From assembly GCA_017619275.1 (NCBI GenBank), contig JAFZSR010000090.1, positions 6,945 through 70,944 of the forward strand: DNA of 64,000 nucleotides, given 5' to 3'. Every line of letters starts with the position of its first letter. Position 1 is the first letter of the stretch. Both the position numbers and the translations under genes were made by a program. Shown here in pieces: positions 20,438-28,315 of this stretch. Below the pieces are notes generated by a model. That model was not told the DNA's origin, did no database searches, and worked only from the letters and a program-made list of their open reading frames with translations. Source of the stretch: Prevotella sp. (lineage in GTDB: Bacteria; Bacteroidota; Bacteroidia; Bacteroidales; Bacteroidaceae).

Positions 20438-22381
20438 ATGATTACACATTATATCAAGAACCACCTTGCCGGTCTGCTGTGCTGCGGCATCGCAGCAGCA
20501 ATGGTCGGTTGTCAGGACCTGCTTGAAACAGAGAGCTCGCGCCAGAACATCGAGCCGGAGATAACGGCCAAGACCGACTCCGTGTTCTATAGCTTCGGCA
20601 TCCTGCAGGCCATGCAACAGTTGGCCGACCAATATGTGTTCCAGGGCGAGATGCGTGGCGACTTGGTGCAGACCACCCTCTATACCGACAACAACCTGCG
20701 CCAGCTGGCCAATTTCTCGGCTACCACCGCCTGCAAATACGACTCGGCCTACGTCTACTACCGCGTCATCAACAACTGCAACTACTACATTGCGCACCGC
20801 GACACCACGCTCTACACCGGCTCCACCAATGTGGTAATGCCCGAGTATATCGGCGTGAAGGCCATCCGTGCCTGGGCCTATCTGCAGCTGGGTCGCAACT
20901 ATGAGCGGGTGCCTTTCTTCACCGAGCCACTCACCAAGATCTCGCAGATTGACAACAACCAGTTCCCCGAACTCGACCTCGACGGGCTGGTGGCTGCCTT
21001 GGCCCCCGACTTGGAGCAGTATAGTGGGCGTCGCACCCCCGACTATGGTGTGAATGACGTGGGTGCCCCCAACTGGGAGAACACCCAGAAGCGCATGGTC
21101 ACCAGCAAGTGCTTCGTTCCTGTCGACGTGGTGCTGGGCGACATGTATCTTGAGACTGGCAACTATCACCTGGCCGCCACACACTACGTCACCTATCTCA
21201 CCCGAGTGGCTGGCAAGACCAGCAGCGACTTCCTGGCCACCATGACGTCGCGTCGACAGGGAGGTGGACGCTTCAGCGGTGGACAGGCCGACGAAGACGA
21301 TCTGCCCGATTCCAACACCTTCAGCGACCCCAACAACGGTCCCCTCAGTTCCTCGTGGTCTTCCATCTTCCGCAATGCCATTTCCGACGAGGTCATTACT
21401 TACATCCCCATGGCCGTCAACCGCCAGAATGGAGCCATCACCGAGCTGCCCCTCACCTTTGGTTTCAACTATTATGCCACGGCCGAGGAGAATGCCGAAC
21501 AGGGTTTGCGTGAGCCTTATATCGACCAGATTCAGCTGCTGCCCAGCGAGACCCTCAATACGCTTAGCGACAGCACCGAATACTACTATTACTTCGACAA
21601 CAAATCGGCCGACCTCTACGACAGCATCAGCATCTCAAAGGCTGGCGACATGCGCCTTCGCAACAGTCTTTACCAGGCCCTGCGCGAAGACACCACTACG
21701 CTGTGGATCGACAAGTACAAGTATGCCAATGTGGTGCTCTATCGTACCAGCACCGTGCTGCTCCACTTGGCCGAGGCCTTCAACCGCCTCGACATGCCCG
21801 ACGCTGCCTTTGCCATCCTGAAGGACGGCATCAGCCCCAACTTGGTGGAACCACGTCCATCGGGAGGCTACTATTGCCTCTACATCACCGATGCCACACG
21901 CCAGAAGCTGCAGACCACCTATCCGTTGCTCTCGCCCGAGAATGGTGTCCTCTTCCCTGTCATCGATGCCTTTGGCATTCACTGCCATGGGGCTGGTAAG
22001 GGTGCCAGCGACTACCCAGGCGTCAGCGCAGCCAACAAACCTGGCGGCACCAACTATCACGCAGGCTCGTCGCCCTATCAGCTCGACCGCATGGCAGGGT
22101 TGAAGATGAAGGAGCTGGCCGATGTATATGGCATCACCGTCGGCACTACGCGGCAGGACACCATCAACGCCGTCGAGGACCTCATTTGCGACGAGTATGC
22201 ACTGGAGCTGGCCTTCGAGGGCAACCGCTTCTACGACCTCTGTCGTCTGGCCCGCCACAAGAATCAGGCTGCTCTCTATGGGGGCAACTTCGGCAGCCTG
22301 TGGTTGGCCCGTAAGCTGGCCTATAAGAATCCCGTGAAGGACCTCACCGATCCCAAGAACTGGTACCTGCCATTCAAATAG
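20438..22381 (+). CDS. susD: SusD/RagB family lipoprotein
   Basis: Lipobox MVGC, YRTSTVLLHLAEA, EYALELAFEGNRFYDL and WYLP. Confidence 0.93.
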   Translation: MITHYIKNHLAGLLCCGIAAAMVGCQDLLETESSRQNIEPEITAKTDSVFYSFGILQAMQQLADQYVFQGEMRGDLVQTTLYTDNNLRQLANFSATTACKYDSAYVYYRVINNCNYYIAHRDTTLYTGSTNVVMPEYIGVKAIRAWAYLQLGRNYERVPFFTEPLTKISQIDNNQFPELDLDGLVAALAPDLEQYSGRRTPDYGVNDVGAPNWENTQKRMVTSKCFVPVDVVLGDMYLETGNYHLAATHYVTYLTRVAGKTSSDFLATMTSRRQGGGRFSGGQADEDDLPDSNTFSDPNNGPLSSSWSSIFRNAISDEVITYIPMAVNRQNGAITELPLTFGFNYYATAEENAEQGLREPYIDQIQLLPSETLNTLSDSTEYYYYFDNKSADLYDSISISKAGDMRLRNSLYQALREDTTTLWIDKYKYANVVLYRTSTVLLHLAEAFNRLDMPDAAFAILKDGISPNLVEPRPSGGYYCLYITDATRQKLQTTYPLLSPENGVLFPVIDAFGIHCHGAGKGASDYPGVSAANKPGGTNYHAGSSPYQLDRMAGLKMKELADVYGITVGTTRQDTINAVEDLICDEYALELAFEGNRFYDLCRLARHKNQAALYGGNFGSLWLARKLAYKNPVKDLTDPKNWYLPFK

Positions 22382-22403
22382 CATTGGCCAGTAACCTCGG
22401 TAT

Positions 22404-22456
22404 CACGGAAACCACAGAATCGTCTCATCATGACATTCTGTGGTTTCTGTGTGTTT
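22404..22456 (+). terminator. Long hairpin after the Sus operon
   Basis: 17-bp stem CACGGAAACCACAGAAT / ATTCTGTGGTTTCTGTG (one G-U pair), 23 bp after the susD stop. Confidence 0.7.
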
Positions 22457-22550
22457 ACAAAGTTTCCAACCTGTACAGCTCGAACTTGTTTTATAAACGA
22501 ATTATCCTAATTGCTCATAATTCCACAATCTAAATGTTTTTCAATAGCTG

Positions 22551-22714
22551 CGCCAAGACTTATGCTCCGGACACTCATACATTCTTCAAACCACGTCGCA
22601 GTTTTTATAAATTACGTCGTAGTTTATAAAAACTGCGTCACGGTTTATATAGACCGTGTCGCGGTTTAAACAAATATAAAGACTGCTGATGTTTGTGGAA
22701 AGCAGCTTTCTCAG
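22551..22714 (+). repeat. Dispersed repeat with four 21-bp-period palindromes, copy 2
   Basis: Units AAACCACGTCGCAGTTT, AAATTACGTCGTAGTTT, AAACTGCGTCACGGTTT and AGACCGTGTCGCGGTTT at 21-bp spacing. Matches copies 1 and 3. Confidence 0.9.
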
Positions 22715-22774
22715 TCTCAACAGGGCGGTGCGGCCACTTAAACCGTAGTCGTAGGTGTCGGTGTTGATGCTGTC

Positions 22775-22930
22775 CGTCGAGCGCTCGACCTCTGGTCGCT
22801 TTGCTAGCAAAGAACAGGCGAGCGGGCGCTCGGCAACGAAGGAGAAGCTTGCTACTGAAAGGACGCAAGAAGGACACATCATAGAAACCGCTCGGCGACG
22901 AAGGAGACGCTTGGATCGCCCAAGAACGTG
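22775..22930. repeat. REP-like composite intergenic element
   Basis: Palindromes GTCGAGCGCTCGAC and TTTGCTAGCAAA, plus a 25-bp direct repeat CGCTCGGC(A/G)ACGAAGGAGA(A/C)GCTTG at about 22827 and 22889. Confidence 0.55.
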
Positions 22931-22943
22931 TAGGGATGATAAT

Positions 22944-24140
22944 TCAATCCCACCAGTCACCGTAGAGCACCCCCTTGTCGTTCACTTTTTCCTTCAGGCG
23001 TTTCCAATCAAAAGGAAGATATTCATCATCATCCCAGACGTTAATTAGGATATAGAACCCGTTCTCGTCCATGATGGCATCGATGGTCATCGACTTGCGA
23101 GGCTCGTCAATTTCATACATATTCCTGCATGATTCTCCCCTGAACATCCTTGCCAGATTCAGAGGTTGGAAGTATTCGTCGGAATAGATGGTATAGGCTT
23201 CTTTGGGATGATCTGCGATATACTGGCGCACGTATTCCATCACTTGATGGAGCATCGTCTTGGCCTTTTCCTCGGAAGTAAATTTATAAACTGTCAGATG
23301 GTTGTCGCCTCGACGGCGTACACTTTTCTCAGCCCTTAGATAACTATCAAATTTATGACTATCGTCAAATACATCGACGGTGCTGTCGTGCTGGCAATGT
23401 ATCTCGTGGCGCTTGATTGTTTTGTCTTTGAACAATGGAAGTATGGCCATATGAAGGGCGTCGACGTCAAAATCCTTGGTGGCATAAAAGGTAGTATCGA
23501 CAATGGTGTTGACCCTGAGTTCACCAAATCCAATGGGGCCCATACGATTCTTAAGTCCACGGTCAGAATCGGTATAACGGAAATGAACCATCTCGGGCAA
23601 CTTGCCAGTACCATAGCTGTCATTTTCCAGATACTCAAATTTCTTAGGTATCGGCTCGTTCTCGTAGGGCTTCAGGGCGATGGTGGTGATAATGGTGTCG
23701 TGCCCGTTCTGGTGATACTCGTAGCTGTAGCTCTCTGCTGCATCTTGGGTCAGTTCGCTGAGCGTTCTACGAACCACATGAAAAGCTTCTCGCGTCTTAC
23801 GCCATTCTGCACGTATAGCGCTATCGGCCTTTGAATCGAGCGGTTTTTTCATATAATCTATTGTAGGTTCAGGCCCTTCGTTATTTAATCCAAAGTTGAA
23901 TTCGTAGCGCTTGCGGAGTCCCTCCTGATTTTTATTGCTGAGGGTGTAGTATTTTACTAAGCCATTAGCCTTCAGATAGGCATAGAGGCTCTCCAACTTG
24001 GGGTTGGCTTTGCCTTCGTCCGTCACGACTCGGCCATCTCTGAGCGAGCTCAGATGGCTCTCGCTGCTTCGTCCGTTGTCCTGAGCGATGCAACCGAGTT
24101 GCATTGCTGCGAATATAATTATAGAAATAATACGTTTCAT
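22944..24140 (-). CDS. Hypothetical secreted protein, third gene of the ECF sigma operon
   Basis: 398-aa ORF with signal peptide MKRIISIIIFAAMQLGCIA. No family recognised. Confidence 0.75.
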   Translation of the reverse strand: MKRIISIIIFAAMQLGCIAQDNGRSSESHLSSLRDGRVVTDEGKANPKLESLYAYLKANGLVKYYTLSNKNQEGLRKRYEFNFGLNNEGPEPTIDYMKKPLDSKADSAIRAEWRKTREAFHVVRRTLSELTQDAAESYSYEYHQNGHDTIITTIALKPYENEPIPKKFEYLENDSYGTGKLPEMVHFRYTDSDRGLKNRMGPIGFGELRVNTIVDTTFYATKDFDVDALHMAILPLFKDKTIKRHEIHCQHDSTVDVFDDSHKFDSYLRAEKSVRRRGDNHLTVYKFTSEEKAKTMLHQVMEYVRQYIADHPKEAYTIYSDEYFQPLNLARMFRGESCRNMYEIDEPRKSMTIDAIMDENGFYILINVWDDDEYLPFDWKRLKEKVNDKGVLYGDWWD

Positions 24141-24155
24141 ATCTGTTACTTGTTT

Positions 24156-24675
24156 TTATTTGTCGTTTTCTTCATACATGCTAATGAGTCGTTCGCCGCG
24201 TATGCGTATCTGGCGAATCTCTTCTTCTGTATTGATGTCCTCCATCTGCAGCTCATCGGCATTGAGACTTGCCAAGAGCAGTTCCATCCGAGTCTCCTCG
24301 CTCATCTGAACGGGTTCGTCTTGGGGCTCGTCCTTGATTACTTTGCGAGGTCTTTTAGCTTTCTGCCGCTTCGGAGTTTCAACATTTACGCTTACAGGTT
24401 CTGGGGTACTTTCCGCTTGTTTCGTTTCTGTGGCTTTCGGTGTCACAATCTTAGCCACAAGGGGTTGTTCTTCTGTTGCAGGTTTGGGAGGCATTAGTAT
24501 CATCATGACGAACCCTATGACGCATGCAGCAGCCAGCCAGGGCCAGATCCTGACGATGCGACGGGGGGGGTAATTCCTGACGCGCCTTCTCCATCACCTC
24601 ATGCTTCAAGGTGTCAGATGCCTTGAACTCGCATTGCGGTTTGAGCAGTTGCTCGATGTCTTCAAATTCGTTCAT
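24156..24675 (-). pseudogene. Putative membrane anti-sigma factor frameshifted at a G8/C8 tract (phase variation or sequencing error)
   Basis: The ATG at 24675 overlaps the sigma stop (ATGA). The N-terminus MNEFEDIEQLLKPQCEFKASD...RQELPP continues as RRIVRIWPWLAAACVIGFVMMILMPPK... only if the tract at 24563-24570 is 7 (or 10) nt. A 7-nt tract gives 172 aa. Confidence 0.75.
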
Positions 24676-25184
24676 ATCGTGTATCCTTTCTTTTTCATCA
24701 TTTGTTGTAAGTGTTGAATGGCGTAGCGGTAACGCGATTTCGCCGTGGCCTCTGGTATGTCTTGCAGCTCGGCAATCTGCTTGAATGTCAGGTTGTCGTA
24801 GCACTTTAGTCTTACGATTTCCGATTGCTCCAACGGAAGCGATTCGAGTAGACGATTGATTCGTATGAACTCCTCGTGAATCTGCCTGTCACCTTCGTCA
24901 ACGGTCAGCTGTTCGGCCATACCAATTGGCACTATTTTAAGATGTTTCCTTCGGGAGTAGTCTGTGCATGCATTGCTGATGGCTCGGATGAGATACTGTT
25001 CTACGTTATCCATACTGGTCTTCTCGCGCAATCGCCGGAATACGCTCAGCAGTACCTCCTGCACCACATCCTCGGCATCCTCCCTAATGCCAATACGCAT
25101 ATAGGCAAAACGGAACAGCCAGTCTTGTCGTTCTTCGACAATCCTTTCCAGTTCCTTCAGCAACTGTTCCGTTTCTTTGTTCAT
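24672..25184 (-). CDS. ECF-type RNA polymerase sigma factor
   Basis: 170 aa with region 2 (DAEDVVQEV...YLIRAISNACTDY) and region 4 (LTFKQIAELQDIPEATAKSRYRYA). Confidence 0.93.
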   Translation of the reverse strand: MNKETEQLLKELERIVEERQDWLFRFAYMRIGIREDAEDVVQEVLLSVFRRLREKTSMDNVEQYLIRAISNACTDYSRRKHLKIVPIGMAEQLTVDEGDRQIHEEFIRINRLLESLPLEQSEIVRLKCYDNLTFKQIAELQDIPEATAKSRYRYAIQHLQQMMKKKGYTI

Positions 25185-25314
25185 CGTTTATAATGTGTGA
25201 ATGACCCCTTTTCCACAAGGGGTCTCTACATATAGAAACGTAAAGACTCCAAAAAAGATTTAATTGTTCTCCACTATTTTCATAAAATCTTCATTCTATG
25301 TTTTTTTTCCAACC

Positions 25315-25354
25315 AAAAAGCGGGCGAGGATGTACTGTTCCCATCCTCGCCCGC
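25315..25354 (-). terminator. Intrinsic terminator hairpin upstream of the ECF sigma gene
   Basis: 13-bp perfect stem GCGGGCGAGGATG / CATCCTCGCCCGC followed by TTTTT on the minus strand. Confidence 0.65.
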
Positions 25355-25516
25355 CTTTGAAGTCAACGCTTCTTATGTCGTTCTATGTCTTTCGGTCTAT
25401 CCGCTCATGTTCATTGTCGTTTGTGAATACTTACGCCTTGAGCAGGATGATGGGCGGTTGCATGTTGTTTCTCATAGTTATCTAATGTGAAAAGGCGTTT
25501 AAGAAAATGAAATATC

Positions 25517-25548
25517 TTTGCAGGAATGGGAAATAATGCTTACTTTTG
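25517..25548 (+). promoter_or_regulatory. Sigma-A promoter of ftsY
   Basis: TTTG, a 20-nt spacer and TACTTTTG. Confidence 0.7.
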
Positions 25549-25575
25549 CAGTTCAAATACGTATTTGATTGATTT

Positions 25576-26520
25576 ATGGGATTGTTTGGATTATTCAGCA
25601 AGAAGAAAAAGGAAACCTTGGACAAAGGCTTGGAGAAGACGAAGACTTCGGTATTTAACAAGCTGGCCAGGGCTGTGGCAGGCAAGTCGAAGGTAGATGA
25701 AGATGTGCTGGACAACTTGGAGGAGGTACTCATCAGCAGCGATGTGGGCGTTGACACTACGCTGAAAATCATTAAGCGCATTGAGGAACGCGTGGCCCGC
25801 GACAAGTATGTATCGACGAGCGAGTTGAACGGCATTTTACGCGATGAAATCGCAGCATTGTTAGAGGAGCACGAAGAAGCATCTGCGCTTTCCGCTCCCG
25901 ACGGTTCGTCGCCATACGTCATCCTGGTGGTGGGCGTGAACGGCGTAGGAAAGACTACCACCATTGGCAAGTTGGCCTGGCAGTTCAAGCAAGAAGGAAA
26001 GAAGGTTTACCTGGGTGCTGCCGACACCTTCCGTGCTGCCGCCGTAGAGCAGATCAGCATCTGGGGCGAGCGCGTAGGTGTGCCTGTTGTCAAGCAGCAG
26101 ATGGGCAGTGACCCTGCCAGCGTGGCTTTCGATACCTTGCAGAGTGCCAAGGCCAACGGGGCCGACGTGGTGCTCATCGACACAGCTGGACGTCTGCACA
26201 ACAAGGTGGGGCTGATGAACGAGCTGAAGAAGATTAAGGACGTTATGAAGAAGGTGCTGCCCACAGCTCCCGATGAGGTGCTGCTGGTGCTCGATGGCTC
26301 CACAGGACAGAACGCCTTTGAGCAGGCCCGGCAGTTTGCCGCCGTCACGCAAATTACCTCGCTGGCCATTACCAAGCTCGATGGAACGGCAAAAGGTGGT
26401 GTGGTCATCGGTATCAGCGACCAGCTGAAGGTGCCGGTGAAGTATATCGGACTGGGCGAGGGCATGGAAGACTTGCAGCTCTTCGACCGACGAGAGTTCG
26501 TTGATTCGCTGTTCGCTTAA
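25576..26520 (+). CDS. ftsY: Signal recognition particle receptor FtsY
   Basis: GVNGVGKTTT, DTFRAAA, DTAGR and TKLDGTAKGG. Confidence 0.97.
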   Translation: MGLFGLFSKKKKETLDKGLEKTKTSVFNKLARAVAGKSKVDEDVLDNLEEVLISSDVGVDTTLKIIKRIEERVARDKYVSTSELNGILRDEIAALLEEHEEASALSAPDGSSPYVILVVGVNGVGKTTTIGKLAWQFKQEGKKVYLGAADTFRAAAVEQISIWGERVGVPVVKQQMGSDPASVAFDTLQSAKANGADVVLIDTAGRLHNKVGLMNELKKIKDVMKKVLPTAPDEVLLVLDGSTGQNAFEQARQFAAVTQITSLAITKLDGTAKGGVVIGISDQLKVPVKYIGLGEGMEDLQLFDRREFVDSLFA

Positions 26521-26571
26521 TACCCAAAGATAGGGGTGGGCTGAACAAGCGGACAAACAAGAAATAGAATA

Positions 26572-28020
26572 ATGGTAGAGCATCATCATACCTCTGGGAG
26601 GTGTTCTGGCCCCCAACCCTCTAATGAAGGGGGCTTGGGTATAGATTTCATATCGCTGGGCTGCTCCAAGAATCTGGTGGATTCGGAGATGCTGATGGGT
26701 CTCTTTGAGGCTCATGGCTTTCGTGTGACCCACGACAGTCCAAACCCAGATGGCGAGATCTGCGTGGTAAATACCTGCGGTTTCATCGCAGATGCCAAGG
26801 AAGAAAGCATCAACACCATCTTGGAACAGGTGCAGCGAAAGGCTGAAGGGAAACTGCAGAAGCTCTATGTAATGGGCTGCCTATCGGAACGTTATCTAGC
26901 CGAGCTGGAAGCAGAGATTCCCGAAGTGGATGGCTGGTATGGAAAGTTCAACTACAAGGAACTCCTTAAAGACTTGGAAGCCCCCTCAGCCCCCCCTACG
27001 CCCCCCGAGGGGGGCACGATGATCCCTACGTCCAGCAAAACTATAGTTGCCCCCTCGGGGGCTGAAGGGGGGGCTTTCGCACGGGTCTTAACCACACCCC
27101 GCCATTTTGCCTACCTGAAAATCAGTGAGGGCTGCGACCGCACGTGCGCCTATTGTGCCATTCCCCTCATCACAGGGCGGCACCAGAGTAGGCCCATGGA
27201 AGAGATTCTCGATGAGGTGCGCTGGCTGGTGAGTCAGGGCGTGAAGGAGTTGAACGTCATCGCACAGGAATTGACCTATTACGGGCTGGACCTTTATGGC
27301 GAGCAGCGTATTGCCCAACTGGTGGAGCAGATGGCACAGGTGGAGGGCGTGGAGTGGATTCGTCTTCACTATGCTTATCCCACCCATTTCCCATGGGAGC
27401 TTACGCGCGTGATGCGCGAGTATAATAATGTGTGCAACTACCTTGACGTGGCTCTGCAGCACATCAGCAATAACATGTTGCAGCGTATGCGTCGTCACAT
27501 CACGCGGCAGGAGACACTCGATTTCATCGAGCGGTTGCGCCGCGAAGTGCCGGGCATATGTCTGCGTACTACGCTCATGGTGGGCTTCCCTGGCGAGACG
27601 GAGGAGGATTTCAAAGAATTGCTCGATTTCACCCGCATGGCACGTTTTGAGCGCATGGGCGCTTTTGCCTACAGCGAGGAAGAGGGCACCTACGCCGCAC
27701 AACACTTTGTCGACGACGTGGCGCCGGAAGTGAAAGAACGCCGTCTGGCTCGCCTGATGCGGCTGCAACAAAACATCAGTGAAGAAATGCAGCAGCAGCT
27801 GGTGGGGCAGGTGATGAAAGTGGTGATCGACCGTCGCGAAGGCGACTACTATGTGGGGCGAAACGAGTTCTCGTCGCCCGAGGTCGACCCCGAGGTACTG
27901 ATTGCCGCCAAGGGCGTGAGGCTTACCATAGGTCGATTCTATCAAGTGAGAATCATTGGAGCCGAAGAATTCGACCTGTATGGAGAAATCGTAAGAGGAA
28001 AGACTGATAAAACGACATAA
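26572..28020 (+). CDS. rimO: Ribosomal protein S12 methylthiotransferase RimO
   Basis: LGCSKNLVDSE, NTCGFI, radical SAM motif CDRTCAYC and C-terminal SPEVD/TRAM region. Alternative TTG start at 26635. Confidence 0.95.
   Translation: MVEHHHTSGRCSGPQPSNEGGLGIDFISLGCSKNLVDSEMLMGLFEAHGFRVTHDSPNPDGEICVVNTCGFIADAKEESINTILEQVQRKAEGKLQKLYVMGCLSERYLAELEAEIPEVDGWYGKFNYKELLKDLEAPSAPPTPPEGGTMIPTSSKTIVAPSGAEGGAFARVLTTPRHFAYLKISEGCDRTCAYCAIPLITGRHQSRPMEEILDEVRWLVSQGVKELNVIAQELTYYGLDLYGEQRIAQLVEQMAQVEGVEWIRLHYAYPTHFPWELTRVMREYNNVCNYLDVALQHISNNMLQRMRRHITRQETLDFIERLRREVPGICLRTTLMVGFPGETEEDFKELLDFTRMARFERMGAFAYSEEEGTYAAQHFVDDVAPEVKERRLARLMRLQQNISEEMQQQLVGQVMKVVIDRREGDYYVGRNEFSSPEVDPEVLIAAKGVRLTIGRFYQVRIIGAEEFDLYGEIVRGKTDKTT
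26977..27078. repeat. In-frame palindromic (REPIN-like) element inside rimO
   Basis: Inverted arms GAAGCCCCCTCAGCCCCC...GAGGGGGGC and GCCCCCTCGGGGGCTGAAGGGGGGGCTTTC. 102 bp = 34 codons. Confidence 0.8.
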
Positions 28021-28021
28021 T

Positions 28022-28315
28022 ATGAACAACAAGGAATTCATAGCCGAGCTGGCAAAAAAGAACAAAGTCACCGCCACAGAGGCACAACGCATGGTGAATG
28101 CCTTGATTGCCGCTATGGGCGAGAGCTTCATGGAGGGGAACAGTGTGCAACTGCTCAACTTTGGAGCCTTCGAGGTGAAAAAGAAGTTGGAACGTGTGAT
28201 TGTGAACCCCTCCACAGGACAACGCATGCTGGTGCCGCCCAAGCTCACGCTGGCTTTCAAACCCAATGCCACTACCAAGGACAGAATAAAGAGAGGAGGC
28301 GACGACAATGGCTAA
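28022..28315 (+). CDS. HU/IHF family DNA-binding protein
   Basis: MNNKEFIAELA...VQLLNFGAFEV...NPSTG...FKP. Confidence 0.92.
   Translation: MNNKEFIAELAKKNKVTATEAQRMVNALIAAMGESFMEGNSVQLLNFGAFEVKKKLERVIVNPSTGQRMLVPPKLTLAFKPNATTKDRIKRGGDDNG

Noticed and set aside
22586-22960. 124-aa minus-strand ORF
   Set aside because: It reads through two repeat elements, and its 7-aa periodic tail simply reflects the 21-bp units.
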